Below are positions 21,001-30,204 of a stretch of DNA of 64,000 nt, piece by piece. Below the pieces are notes generated by a model. That model saw nothing but the letters and a program-made list of their open reading frames with translations, did no database searches and was not told where the DNA came from. The stretch comes from a virus. A program made the position numbers and the translations under genes. The stretch spans positions 1-64,000 of IMG/VR virus record IMGVR_UViG_3300025695_000006. One strand, written 5' to 3'. Numbering within the stretch: position 1 is the stretch's first letter; each line of letters opens with the position of its first letter.

Positions 21001-23889
21001 AGAGACGTCTTCAACGCCTGGTTCTGAATAAAAACCTACAGTACCATTTTTAGTTGTTATTTCTGTGGTTAATCTGGCCGCACTTGTTACTTGGTTACCG
21101 TTAGTGTCTGTAAGTAACTTAAAAATCTTTTCAGTAGCCGTACCCATATAGGTTTGGTCATTTGAGGGGTCGTAATCATTACTTTTTCTTAATCTGTTGT
21201 ATGTTAGTTTACCGCTACCTACAGATAGTTCAGGTATGTAGTCTGGGCTGTACTTGTTTAAAGTTAGGTTAGAGAAAGTCATGAACCTTTGTCCTAAACC
21301 AGTACTCCTTAACCTTTCTTCATCTCTAGAGTCTAGTTTATTATCTGAATCATAATCGCTTTGTCCTGTCGGTAATAATAAAACTGAATCATCTGAGAAG
21401 AAAGCTGAAGCTAATCCCCCTAGACCACTAACGTCTGAAACGAAACTAGCTAGTTTACCTAAACCACCTTTAAATGTTGTTATGTCGGAATTACCTCTTT
21501 CTAATATAGATGAAGGGTTTTTTAACGCTTCGGCTATTTTTAATGGGTTTGTTAACATTTCGTCGAATGTTACTAACCCTAATGCTTCGGCAGCTAATTT
21601 AGATGCTAATCTAGCTTCTAAATGGAATTTTAATTCAATAGCACCTATCTGTGCTAGTAATGTATCATTTTTTAAACCTGGTTCTGTTAATAGATTTGCG
21701 ATATTTAGATCTTCTCCTAATAAAGCACTTAAAGGTGTTGATGCGGTTGGTGTATTTAAAAAATCACCTAATACTAATTCTGTTGGGTCCGCATTATTTA
21801 ATTTGTCCTCCGTTAAATAAGGGTTTTGAGGTGTGTTTGGTGATTGATTTAAAATTAAGTCAGCTAATATATCGTACACAACCGTAGATTCTGGTTGATA
21901 TAGGTTTTTAGCGTTAGCATTTATGTATTGTAGTTGTAAAGGGGTTAATTCGTTTTGGTTTTGTACTATGTAGTTGTTAACTATAGTGTCTGCACCTACA
22001 GGTATAGTACCTGGGTTGGATAATGTATATGAATCAGTAGCATCGTTAGGGTCTTTAACCATATTTAAACCTAATAAACTTATTCTTAATGGAGCTGCGT
22101 CAGTTTGAACGTCTCCAGGGTTTAAGTTAGTGAATGTGTTAATGGTTGTGTTTGTACCTCTACCCGCTAAATACTGAGCTGTTAATGTAGCATTAGCTGT
22201 TAATGTACCTATACCAGTAGTTATATCTGTTGGGGTTGCCAAAGACATATTTAAGTTCATGGTTCTTGGGATTACAGCTTCTGTATCTACATCTCCAGGG
22301 TTTATTACATTAAAATCGTTAACTACTGTCGGTGTACCTCTACCAGCTAAATATTGTGCTGCAAATGTACCACTAAGGTTTAATACACCACTTGTTATAT
22401 CTAAAGGTGTGTTTAAACTCTTATTTAAATTTAATGTTCTAGGTGTTAACGCGTCTGTTAATACATTACCTGGGTTAGCGTTTAGGTAGTCATTAATTAC
22501 GGTATCTAAACCTCTACCAGCTAAATATTGTGCTGCTAAAGAACCGCTTAAACTAGTAACGCCAGCCGTTATATCCAATGGAGTGTTTAATGTTCTATTG
22601 AAATTGGCTGTTCTTGGTGATAATGAGTCTGTAACCACATCACCAGGGTTTGTGTTTATATAGTCGTTTATAACACTAAATGCGCCTCTACCTGATAAGT
22701 ACTGAGCCGCAAAAGCACCACTTAATGTCCCTACTCCGCTTGATATGTCCGATGGTGTGTTTAAGGCTCTGGCAAAGTTCATTGCTCTTGGAGTAACCGC
22801 ATCGGTTAATACGTCACCAGGGTTTGTATTTGGTACCGTGTTTATAGGGGCGATAGTTCCTCTGCCAGCTAAATATTGTGCTGCTAAAGACCCACTTAAC
22901 GTCCCTACCCCACTGGTTATATCTGATGGTGTATTTAATGTTTGTGCAAAATTTAATGTTCTAGGTGATATAGCGTCTGTTAAAACGTCTCCAGGATTAT
23001 TAACTATAAAGTCATTTATAACACTAAACGAACCTCTTCCAGATAGATACTGAGAGGCTATAGCTGAAGTTGGTGATAAGTCGTTAACCCCAGCTGTTAT
23101 ATCTGATGGGGTGTTTAAGTTTCTAGCTAAATCTAAATTTCTGGGTGATACCGCATCGGTTAATACATCACCAGGGTTTAAAACATTAAAGTCGTTTATA
23201 ATACTAAATGAACCTCTTCCAGATAAATATTGTGACGCTAATGTTGTATTTGGTGATAAATTATTTACACCAGAAGTTATATCCGATGGTGTGTTTAGGT
23301 TTTTAGCTAAATCTAAATTTCTAGGTGATACTGCATCAGTTAATACATCCCCAGGGTTTACGACATTAAAATCATTTATGACGCTAAACGCACCTCTTCC
23401 AGATAGATATTGTGATGCTAATGTTGTATTTGGTGATAAATTATTTACACCAGAAGTTATATCCGATGGTGTGTTTAGGTTTTTACCTATGTCTGTAGTT
23501 CTAGGTGATACCGCATCGGTTAATACATCACCAGGGTTTAAGTTAGTAAAATCATTTATAATCGTTAATTCACCTTTGCTATTTAACATATTAGCGGTGT
23601 ACTGTTGGTTACTATTTAAATCATCTAAACCAGTTGTTATATCATTAGGTGTATTAAGTGTCCTACTTAAGTTAGATTTTCTGGCGGATATACCGTCAGT
23701 GTCTACGTCACCTGGATTTAATACTTTATAATCGTTTATAAGTGCATATTGACCTAAGGAGCTTAGGTATGCGTTAACCGTTACTGAATTTGTTAGGTTC
23801 GCTAAACCAGTTACAACATCAGGTGTTGATTTTAAATTAAACTTTAGAATTTCATCTCTGAATTCTGCTGAAGTGTTTTTAAGACCCAT
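15091..23889 (-). CDS. Giant baseplate/tail-tube-initiator-like protein with N-terminal ~58-60-aa repeats and an OmpA-like domain
   Basis: Tube-fold-like segments (WFPPYNMRFTDDTNTNW...FLGRPEPIYTYNNTERSGTLSW; PPVCVLRIGDFYHTKIILNNLNISYD); OmpA_C-like AHASP...YNDKLASRRFVSV; directly follows the tape-measure genes. Confidence 0.6.
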   Translation of the reverse strand: MGLKNTSAEFRDEILKFNLKSTPDVVTGLANLTNSVTVNAYLSSLGQYALINDYKVLNPGDVDTDGISARKSNLSRTLNTPNDITTGLDDLNSNQQYTANMLNSKGELTIINDFTNLNPGDVLTDAVSPRTTDIGKNLNTPSDITSGVNNLSPNTTLASQYLSGRGAFSVINDFNVVNPGDVLTDAVSPRNLDLAKNLNTPSDITSGVNNLSPNTTLASQYLSGRGSFSIINDFNVLNPGDVLTDAVSPRNLDLARNLNTPSDITAGVNDLSPTSAIASQYLSGRGSFSVINDFIVNNPGDVLTDAISPRTLNFAQTLNTPSDITSGVGTLSGSLAAQYLAGRGTIAPINTVPNTNPGDVLTDAVTPRAMNFARALNTPSDISSGVGTLSGAFAAQYLSGRGAFSVINDYINTNPGDVVTDSLSPRTANFNRTLNTPLDITAGVTSLSGSLAAQYLAGRGLDTVINDYLNANPGNVLTDALTPRTLNLNKSLNTPLDITSGVLNLSGTFAAQYLAGRGTPTVVNDFNVINPGDVDTEAVIPRTMNLNMSLATPTDITTGIGTLTANATLTAQYLAGRGTNTTINTFTNLNPGDVQTDAAPLRISLLGLNMVKDPNDATDSYTLSNPGTIPVGADTIVNNYIVQNQNELTPLQLQYINANAKNLYQPESTVVYDILADLILNQSPNTPQNPYLTEDKLNNADPTELVLGDFLNTPTASTPLSALLGEDLNIANLLTEPGLKNDTLLAQIGAIELKFHLEARLASKLAAEALGLVTFDEMLTNPLKIAEALKNPSSILERGNSDITTFKGGLGKLASFVSDVSGLGGLASAFFSDDSVLLLPTGQSDYDSDNKLDSRDEERLRSTGLGQRFMTFSNLTLNKYSPDYIPELSVGSGKLTYNRLRKSNDYDPSNDQTYMGTATEKIFKLLTDTNGNQVTSAARLTTEITTKNGTVGFYSEPGVEDVSKYGSKQTSFIWRGTTREKYWDPTLGGFFDGGSSGAGSQDFNWDESLENENLSKFKQFRGSSIMAKTQELLNNSDVNVVSRSIDQTKTKFYDGYNFSAKGSGVISPFKTPRLNKNEEVIGYDYLVPGLDAAGNRVDKKLYDEVELCRTWTKAKPFSKVTDLIRWKELNRKERNSVLDRYGNLNIHPSALNVNEGYGRLGDGLGDAVVEGFGEKRARKYMFSLENLAWRDSQPFTDLPPCEKGSNGGRIMWFPPYNMRFTDDTNTNWTSHQFLGRPEPIYTYNNTERSGTLSWDIVVDHPSILNLLVSKEFASITDGEVDELLAAFWAGCLEYDIFELARIWGVFTDSDIEYFKKVISDLDVRLPNDKIRKSVESSGSFQSTAVDIEGTEVETPIVPKYNLFFENDIPLRKYKEETFEVKGYDEYFEVYSGLAKMKDTTDPIYQQNHRYERAKAGGSQVIAKEENWVRYDQTIGLKAIEGSKYFFEKDRETYRKISYGYQEQYESIKSENSNLAAESFDNVKDYNMQINVVAHASPSAPGQSITKIKDYNDKLASRRFVSVIKWFITDVLSNERIICSNSEGVKITKSNVDSLFTEIESTNYVIIYRQDTNQLVSKQEIIFFLDTSNSGLGLTAEDVFTGEEFISNFGKPSTYNGVPYYKVAYGSNDTYYMVGTYDDYDKITEGGFKVEGVTIDKQFIGTLLNIKNGANGKQIRVPLTEADLICGNLSPQASFCRRVGISTELRKRNIKIERTLPSKEKPPLVTEAKNVQTNVTKREIAQRILGKLLTECDYFEFLSEEAPIVYDSLKQKLKYFTPAFHSMTPEGLNARLTFLQQCMRPGETIQKPKGNYSCDAKNTSFGRPPVCVLRIGDFYHTKIILNNLNISYDPLVFDLNPEGIGVQPMIAKVSVNFKYIGGQGLRRYVDELQTALSFNYYANTDVYDERTFANTDQRERDLINLEEDFFAQNSLDLIPIVKKAELITPSTENLEIPVGTIGVISKRLLPKLAGGTYYNDLIRAQAYDPSVTSYNEESCVIWQGQYYVRNNIKIVDSTEPSNPDPTNTKYWTEIDHSNFGEFSFREEYGRNYMQRYEIKYDGLFSELYQTFGEYTNSLVLGSATELTVKEDGFSLVDFKQESPISSESKPYRVLVDMLNGKNYQSKISENKEDIINSIIYSSSTSEEDSTSDSINRVSGDTLNDGVTYAEIFNNIAKSKRYIELGNLFNKQKDNYFKGVYKFEALKLHLHPQEYMFKVGDGLGLPYNFTAKSSEALGDNGSSTKFHPGNLTNGYTNNRSDAYSETGGIYFKETTISNKIYKDIMDNFAKEFKTKIALNTLAIWDKNLEPSLNTFNNFYTDLDDSHRIAFRSYLNNEFNNYYSMLTKHIEENNKYVKDKVAKMGVIIAGLSLPTYGYDVRKTKDGRNQLYEVIPNGKELNTGSEEIFGYDPYTEYKTLGYFGAEKLKFYEVDNLYKRAAELNWNSGSTLRLEDYLSLGNGLYFFKQQVNSYSSSDYFDDYTWTEVEYERNMDRISKEFGYDDRFSLPYQYNFENYLPKSIELSSRTDIKNSGKSYFFDTPFSFNPGQYGTSTTKETTANDLVMRNPQGDVISVSDNSFKTGDYKMKYVWEKLNYELFDFSNKTIDLMMSDELESRLKDLDLTYTPEYEFNEQLNDFTITGATSGATSGTTSGTTSGTTEMSKLLFYYGDNKKPSERLTDLNYYMFNDVSSELGDTLDSLNKKIVYEFVVNDAFVSALPEANKKEIYLNIVGEIGSGNTIKMSAMLETVFLEFIHELFKNKARHTEALDAIFSDPSVPTNIKSNVKKSRTYIERKKKRIRKTLDDTFNLFGKFIDASKEDMTNLFNYNNESIEKTCKNINENLFENTSTTLITAGEINNKLTKGGTEDYTLLMRETSKLDPTIVKNLDIFTNHKEKLIINSTSTLEPKEEIKEKTTKLNQLVEKYPEVYKKPEEDESEG
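15935..15992 (-). repeat. 12-bp tandem repeat x5 encoding TGATSGATSGTTSGTTSGTT
   Basis: GTTGTACCAGAT x3, GTTGCACCAGAT x1, plus a final partial GTTGCACCAG. Confidence 0.9.
22070..23860 (-). repeat. ~174-180-bp coding repeat, 10 copies (LNTPxDITxGV...AxQYLxGRG..xxINDF...NPGDVLTDAxxPR)
   Basis: Ten NPG(D/N)V motifs in translation; near-identical DNA copies, e.g. at 23285 and 23465. Confidence 0.9.
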
Positions 23890-23929
23890 ATCTTATTTAT
23901 ATCTTTAATTGTCTTTAATTCTAATAACT

Positions 23930-26695
23930 TTATATGTCGTTAATTGGTGCTACACCAAAATCAACTACATAATTAGCACTACCAAATTCGGTTTTGGCCA
24001 TTGTAGCCTCTATATATTTACCGAACATTTGTGGATCAGCGTCATAAAGTTGTTTAGCTGTTATATTTTTAATTCCGTTTGGTGTATCATGTTCTATTGT
24101 ACCTGATACGTTTACGGTCATTGTTGACGTACTGTTATTATTAGATGAATAGGTGTTTCTTGCCGCCATTTCGTCTATAAAAGCTACCGCATCGCCTGGG
24201 GAACCTTTTATTAACCTACCGTTTGAGTAGACCATAGCATCCTTTACGGGTTCTTCAGGTATGTGTCGGAGGTCCGATAAAGATTCTGCGTTATAACCCT
24301 CTTTCGTTCTAAGTTTATCTCTTAGTTCCATCTCGTATGAGTTGTTATCTGCGTTAGTTGAAACAAGCCCTGTTATGGCATCGGTCATTTGTGCCCCAGA
24401 TAATTGTAGTGATATCCTAGCTTGTCTTTGCCAATCTTCGGTATCCGCACCTACTAAATAACCTACCCCAGACATAAGACTGTAAGCTGTACCTTCGAGC
24501 ATATTTAAAACCCCAGAAGCAGTTCTTGTAAAAAAATTATTACTGCTTTCAGATTGACTTAAGCTTTTTGCTGCCTGGTCCATTAGTTTGTTGGCCGATT
24601 CTCTACCACCAGCCATTGCTACAGTTCCCTTTACTACGTTACCGTCGGAATCTCTGAACGATTGACCTATTAATTGTTGACCAGCGCTGTTTAGGGAATC
24701 ACCAACTAAAGGTAGGTCTTTTAATGAGGTAAATATGTTTCCGAAGATGTATTGTACGTATGGTAGTATCGTGTTAGCCATGAACTTAATCATACTTTGC
24801 ATCACATTTTGTATTTTTGTGAAGAACGGACCTTCTCCATCCATCATTTTTTTTGAGCTGTCTAAGAATTCATTAAAATCATTTAGGAAGAAATTTAAAC
24901 CTGTGGATAAAACACCTCCTGGTGCAAAAGCTGAATCTATAAAGGGTATCATCTGGTCAGATATTGCTGAACCTAAATCCTCTATCTTCTTTAAAGTACC
25001 TTCGTCTTCTAAGAATCTAGTTAAATTTGTGAATAATGGTGTTAATCCTATGGCGAATCTATCTAAAACAATAGCAAACCTTTGACTTAAATTTAATCTT
25101 TCTTGGGCGGCATTTTCGTTTGCTCTTCTAGCTGATAATATATTTTGTAATTGATCTTCGTTAGTTATACTGCTAACTAATTTACTAACACCGTTAGGCA
25201 TTTTTATTTCATATTTCCCACCCTTGTTCATTGTTATTAGGTTGGATAATGATTGTTTATCATCTTCACTAAAATTTATTAGTGAACCAGATGATTCACT
25301 TAAACTCATTAATTTGTCAGATGTTTTAGCCTGTTCTATAACAGCATTAGCTATTTGATCAAAATTTTGACCTAGAGCTTCAGCCTGCTCTTTTAATATC
25401 TGACGTTGGGCTGGTGGTATGATGAATTGATTGTTTTTGTTCTTAACAGCTAAGTTTCTTGCACTATCTATTAATTTTTCAGCCATACCATCGGCATTGT
25501 TCATTGAGTCGTACATTAACGAGGCTGGGTCTCCAAATTGTTGGGCCATCTCACCACCTAATACTTGTATTTTTGCAGCCGCCTCAACAGCCTTTTCTGG
25601 ACTGAAGAATGCGTCTTTAAACGATTTAATTGATTCGGCTAGATTAAACCTTAAAGATTGTGATTTTGCTGCTAATTTAGTTAAATCCTCAACACTTCTA
25701 CCAAAAGCACTACCAGTTAGATTTTTAACTACGTCTGTAGTTGTTTTTAATAACTTAGTTTGGTTTATATTAAACTTAGCTGCTACATTCCTGCCTTTAT
25801 CAGCCGTTTTCATTGTAGTTTTCATTGAATAACCTAAGTTATCAAATTCACTAACCATTTCAGTAACACCTTTAACACCTAAGCCAGTACTGTACCCTAG
25901 TTTAACTATGTCTTCTATCTCACTATTACTAAATAAACGATTTTTACCAGTGTTATTACTGAACTCGTTTATGATGTTTGCTATGTCCTCTATTTTACCT
26001 CCGTAACCAGCTATATCGTTGTATAGTTGGGGCATGTTATTCATTAAACCCCTATACTCTTTGTTGGTTAACCCTATATCAGCAGAGAGGCCTCCAACGG
26101 CTGACTGCATGTTTAAGAACATTTTCCAGGCTTTCTCTATAGGGAATATGGTTTTAAATATAGCGGTACCTATTGATAGCGCCATTTTAAATATACCACT
26201 TAATGGACTTAATAGGTTTCCAGCTATATTACCTATATTACTAACACCAGCCATAACACCACCTAGTTTACTACTAGCTTTCTTGGCCATTTTGTAATTA
26301 ACGTCAGCTATTTCTTTTTCTACTTTAGCTTGTTTAATTTTATTAGATAGGTGTATTTTCTGTTCTTTAGATAGTTCTTTAGATAACTTTTTTTCAATAT
26401 CACCCATTCTTTTGATGGCTTTATCTTGTTTAGCTAGATCTTTCTTAACCTTTTTTAGATTATTAGCATCATCTATTTTACCTTTAGCCCATCTTTTAAT
26501 ATTTTTACCTATAGTTTCAGATTTTAAATCCCATTTAAACGATTCCTCTTTTTTAGAAATAATAGCTTCATGCATGTTTAACATGCGGTTCATTTGCTCT
26601 TCTTGTTTAGCTCCGTCTATTATACCCTCTTTCCTAGCCTCGTTTAGAGCCTTTGAAGCGTTGAGTATGTCTTTCATGAAATCACCTTGTGCCAT
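23930..26695 (-). CDS. Tape-measure-like protein, paralog 2
   Basis: Helical Ala/Gly/Lys-rich 921 aa; between chaperone and baseplate genes; paralogous to 26758..29466. Confidence 0.65.
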   Translation of the reverse strand: MAQGDFMKDILNASKALNEARKEGIIDGAKQEEQMNRMLNMHEAIISKKEESFKWDLKSETIGKNIKRWAKGKIDDANNLKKVKKDLAKQDKAIKRMGDIEKKLSKELSKEQKIHLSNKIKQAKVEKEIADVNYKMAKKASSKLGGVMAGVSNIGNIAGNLLSPLSGIFKMALSIGTAIFKTIFPIEKAWKMFLNMQSAVGGLSADIGLTNKEYRGLMNNMPQLYNDIAGYGGKIEDIANIINEFSNNTGKNRLFSNSEIEDIVKLGYSTGLGVKGVTEMVSEFDNLGYSMKTTMKTADKGRNVAAKFNINQTKLLKTTTDVVKNLTGSAFGRSVEDLTKLAAKSQSLRFNLAESIKSFKDAFFSPEKAVEAAAKIQVLGGEMAQQFGDPASLMYDSMNNADGMAEKLIDSARNLAVKNKNNQFIIPPAQRQILKEQAEALGQNFDQIANAVIEQAKTSDKLMSLSESSGSLINFSEDDKQSLSNLITMNKGGKYEIKMPNGVSKLVSSITNEDQLQNILSARRANENAAQERLNLSQRFAIVLDRFAIGLTPLFTNLTRFLEDEGTLKKIEDLGSAISDQMIPFIDSAFAPGGVLSTGLNFFLNDFNEFLDSSKKMMDGEGPFFTKIQNVMQSMIKFMANTILPYVQYIFGNIFTSLKDLPLVGDSLNSAGQQLIGQSFRDSDGNVVKGTVAMAGGRESANKLMDQAAKSLSQSESSNNFFTRTASGVLNMLEGTAYSLMSGVGYLVGADTEDWQRQARISLQLSGAQMTDAITGLVSTNADNNSYEMELRDKLRTKEGYNAESLSDLRHIPEEPVKDAMVYSNGRLIKGSPGDAVAFIDEMAARNTYSSNNNSTSTMTVNVSGTIEHDTPNGIKNITAKQLYDADPQMFGKYIEATMAKTEFGSANYVVDFGVAPINDI

Positions 26696-26723
26696 ATATT
26701 AAATTTAGTGTATATCTCTTAAG

Positions 26724-26731
26724 TATAAATA
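26724..26731 (-). promoter_or_regulatory. Putative late promoter TATTTATA
   Basis: 28 nt upstream of the 26695 start. Confidence 0.55.
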
Positions 26732-26757
26732 CAAAAGAAATTGTTTTATAGTTATCA

Positions 26758-29466
26758 TTAACTTAAATTATTTATCATTTGTTGTAGTACCATTTTAGAT
26801 GACATAATAACGGTGTCATCAACGGTTTTACTGTCTACTGACAAGTTATTATATTTATTTAGTATCCTACCACTTAATACTATATTAACTTTTCTGTGTC
26901 CGCTAGCATTAAATCCGTTAGACAAACTGTTAATATAGTTTAGTGCGTCACCTTTTTTACCTTTATAGGCAGAGCCGTCTGGTCTAATGACAAGATCTTG
27001 GGCTGTTTCTACCGAATAATCCTTCTGCGAATCTATACCAGCATTTACTGCGTCTAGAGCCATACTCCCTGCTGTACCTGCTCCTGGTAATGTGGATAAT
27101 ACACCAGAAGCTAAAGCCATACCTGCTTGACCAAAGTTACCCTCTATAGCATAACTAAAGGTATCCCAAAGGCCTATAGCAAGACCTACTAATGGTATTC
27201 TTTTAGCTATATTTTTAGCACCCGTTTTTGCTAATGATTTACTAATTTTTTTACCAGAAGCTCTAACCCCTGCTCCGACCGCGTTAGATGTCAAGTCTGC
27301 CTCACCATATAATTCGTTGTGTTTTTCTATAGTTTTTTTAAGTGTTTCTAAATTGTTTTCATAAAACTTGGTACCTTTTGATTTTTCTAGACCTTTTTTT
27401 TGTAGCTCTACACCACCCTTCATTAAACTTCTACTTTTAACCGCACCTTTCGTACCTTTCTCTATACCTATACCTAATTTCTGTATGGCTATACCTGAGT
27501 AATACTCTAAGGGTCCTACTAGGTATTTAATTAAATTATCGGTTATAATATCTTTACTATCTATTAATATTTTTGAAAACCCTTTATCTGGGTCTTGCCA
27601 TACCATGATTAAATCAGTTATGATAGAATTAAAAGTTTTTAGTATATCTCTTACCGTTGAACCGAGTTCGTTAGAAAAACCATCGTTAATGAATTTAATC
27701 ATTTCTGATGATATAGCTTTAACTGTTTTGTCTAGGTTATTTATAGTATCGTTTTCTGTGAAGTGTCTGTTTAACGCAACGAATATTTTGGAGAACCCTA
27801 TCATAAACCTATCCGATGCTATACCTATCCTTTCCGATAAGTTTTTCCTCATTAAGGCCGATTCTTTGTTTACCCTGTCCTGGTTTATGGTTTTTAATAT
27901 ACTTACATTACTAGGTATTTCTGATAATTTTTTTGTCATTCCGTTAGATAATCTCATACTGTAAGATCCGTCCTCGTTTAAAGTCATTAGATTTTTAAGT
28001 AATTCAGCTTTGTCTTCACCTATATTAAGTTCTAATATACCTCTATTCTCTAGAGCTTTTAGTTTATCTAGGTCCTTACCTTGTTCTATCGCAACATTAA
28101 ATAATTCTTCTGAGTCGTGTCCTAATATACTAGCCATATTTCTTATGATCTCACGATCTTCTGGAGCTATATCGAAACCGTTTTTACCTTTAAACGCTTT
28201 ACCTTTTAATGATTCTATAAGGTCTGCGGTTAATTGTTCTGGTTCTAATATACTTTTAGCCATTAAAGTAAAGGGGTGCCCAAAATAAAACCCGAATTTA
28301 CCACCTAGTAGTCTAGCTTTAGCTGCTATATCTACAGCTATTTCTGGGTTTCTAAACGCATCAGCAAAATTTTTAACCGAATTACCCACGTCTAACCTCA
28401 TTTTTTCGGCTTTTAATACTAAGCTGGTCATTCCTTTAAGTCCTATACTTATACCAAAACCAGTTAACGCTACTGTTGTTTTATCTATACTTTTTAATAC
28501 CTTTGATTGGTTTAGGTTTAAGCTCATAGCTTTACCTCTAACGTATTTAGTAAAATCTAAAGTTTCATCTAATGAATAACCTAAGTTGTTAAAATTACCA
28601 ACTAGTTCAGCAGCACCTTCTGCACCTAGTGACGTACCTAAACCTAGTTCTAATATACTTTCGTACTCTTTACCAGTAAATAACCTATTTCTGTTAGTTA
28701 CGTCACTAAATTTAGTAAAAACTTTACCTATATCTTCCAGGCTACCACCAACATTTAAAACGTTTAGCATGATTGAAGGTAGGTCTTCTAACATTTTTTT
28801 TGACTCGGAGGCTATTAACCCAGAATCAGCAGCTATATTACCAGATAAACTTTGTATCTTTAAGAAAAAATTATAAGCTCCTTTAATAAGATTAAGTCTA
28901 GCCATACCTAATTTCTTAAGTATATCCTTAGTAACACCAAATATAGCTTTTGCGGCACCTACTATTGCTTCACCTGCCACCATAGCTATAATAACTAGTG
29001 GGTGACCTCCTTTTAATGATTTACCTATACCACCAGCAGATTTAGCTGTCTCTTTAGCTATTTTTTCATCAACCTCGTTAAGTTCTTTTGTAGTCTCTAG
29101 CTCAGTCCTTCTTTTTTTTAATAATTTAGCTAAATCTTTATCACCTTTTTTATTAGCTTCTTTTTCTTCTTCTCTGTAATCGCTTATTTTTTTAGTTAAC
29201 TCGGATTGCTCTTTTTTGTACCTATTTTTTTTCTCACGTTCTTTTGATAAATTTTTATAAACCTTTTTAAAGTATTTAAGTAAAGTCTCCTCTTTTAAGT
29301 CAAGTTTGTAATATTCTTTCCTTCTGTTAACTGAATCTATAGCATCATCCAACGAATCTTTTAAAAAGTTGTTTCTAGTGTAATTACTTATACTACCTTT
29401 TTTATTTAGTTCGTTTATTCTCTCTTGAGCTTTTACAAAAGCTGATGTTATATCTCCTTGAGCCAT
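26758..29466 (-). CDS. Tape-measure-like protein, paralog 1
   Basis: Helical 902 aa with C-terminal KRIPLVGLAIG...GNFGQAGMALASG...PGAGTAGS glycine-zipper typical of TMPs. Confidence 0.65.
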   Translation of the reverse strand: MAQGDITSAFVKAQERINELNKKGSISNYTRNNFLKDSLDDAIDSVNRRKEYYKLDLKEETLLKYFKKVYKNLSKEREKKNRYKKEQSELTKKISDYREEEKEANKKGDKDLAKLLKKRRTELETTKELNEVDEKIAKETAKSAGGIGKSLKGGHPLVIIAMVAGEAIVGAAKAIFGVTKDILKKLGMARLNLIKGAYNFFLKIQSLSGNIAADSGLIASESKKMLEDLPSIMLNVLNVGGSLEDIGKVFTKFSDVTNRNRLFTGKEYESILELGLGTSLGAEGAAELVGNFNNLGYSLDETLDFTKYVRGKAMSLNLNQSKVLKSIDKTTVALTGFGISIGLKGMTSLVLKAEKMRLDVGNSVKNFADAFRNPEIAVDIAAKARLLGGKFGFYFGHPFTLMAKSILEPEQLTADLIESLKGKAFKGKNGFDIAPEDREIIRNMASILGHDSEELFNVAIEQGKDLDKLKALENRGILELNIGEDKAELLKNLMTLNEDGSYSMRLSNGMTKKLSEIPSNVSILKTINQDRVNKESALMRKNLSERIGIASDRFMIGFSKIFVALNRHFTENDTINNLDKTVKAISSEMIKFINDGFSNELGSTVRDILKTFNSIITDLIMVWQDPDKGFSKILIDSKDIITDNLIKYLVGPLEYYSGIAIQKLGIGIEKGTKGAVKSRSLMKGGVELQKKGLEKSKGTKFYENNLETLKKTIEKHNELYGEADLTSNAVGAGVRASGKKISKSLAKTGAKNIAKRIPLVGLAIGLWDTFSYAIEGNFGQAGMALASGVLSTLPGAGTAGSMALDAVNAGIDSQKDYSVETAQDLVIRPDGSAYKGKKGDALNYINSLSNGFNASGHRKVNIVLSGRILNKYNNLSVDSKTVDDTVIMSSKMVLQQMINNLS

Positions 29467-29474
29467 TTAATTAA

Positions 29475-30143
29475 TTAATTAAAATTAAATATTAGTTTTT
29501 TACCCGATACATCTGGTTTTACAGAAAACTGTATCGCATCAATCAAGGCTTTTAAATTATCCCCTTTAGCGATTAGTTTGTAGAACGTGTCTAGTGATAC
29601 GCCGTCTAAGAAACTATATGTTATACTCTTAACTTTTTTAGTATCTCTTTCCACTATAGCTTCAATACTTTTGTTAGTAGATACTATTTTAGCGTACTTT
29701 TCATCTTTGAAACTATCATCAATATTAACTTCTAATCTAAACCTATTACTTAGTAGTGGTTTAAGGTTCGTTAATTTATCTGATTGATTTTTTTTAAGGT
29801 AATCGTAATTAGAACCAAGGTCTACACCTATCTTAGGTATTTTAACACTTTTTATAACACCTTCTTTTTGTAGATAAAATAGTAAAGAGAATACTATAGT
29901 AGTTAATTTATTTAATTCAACTAAATCATCATTATCTAAAAAATATCGATACTGATAATGATGCCCTAAATAATTCTTCATAGCGTCATCCGTATTTTTA
30001 TTAGCTCTAGACGCCATGGCTGAAGATACTTCTGCGTCAGCATTAGATAAGAAATCATCGAAATTCTTTGGTTTATCATTAGATTCGTTTAATTCTTTCA
30101 GTATTAAACTAACTTGCGATTCCGTTAAAATATATTTCTTCAT
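29475..30143 (-). CDS. Hypothetical (possibly virion-internal) protein
   Basis: N-terminal KKYILTESQ...LNES; TATTTATA motif at 30156-30163. Confidence 0.55.
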   Translation of the reverse strand: MKKYILTESQVSLILKELNESNDKPKNFDDFLSNADAEVSSAMASRANKNTDDAMKNYLGHHYQYRYFLDNDDLVELNKLTTIVFSLLFYLQKEGVIKSVKIPKIGVDLGSNYDYLKKNQSDKLTNLKPLLSNRFRLEVNIDDSFKDEKYAKIVSTNKSIEAIVERDTKKVKSITYSFLDGVSLDTFYKLIAKGDNLKALIDAIQFSVKPDVSGKKLIFNFN

Positions 30144-30173
30144 AATTCTTTTATTTATAAATACCTTTAAAAC

Positions 30174-30204
30174 AAAAAACCCACGATTAAGTGGGTTTTT
30201 TTTT
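30174..30204 (-). terminator. Intrinsic terminator
   Basis: AAAAAACCCAC-gattaa-GTGGGTTTTTT immediately after the chaperone extension ORF. Confidence 0.7.

Noticed and set aside
22070-23860. Long repeats as CRISPR or DGR template/variable regions
   Set aside because: They are in-frame coding repeats with synonymous variation; no reverse transcriptase and no adenine-specific mismatch pattern seen.
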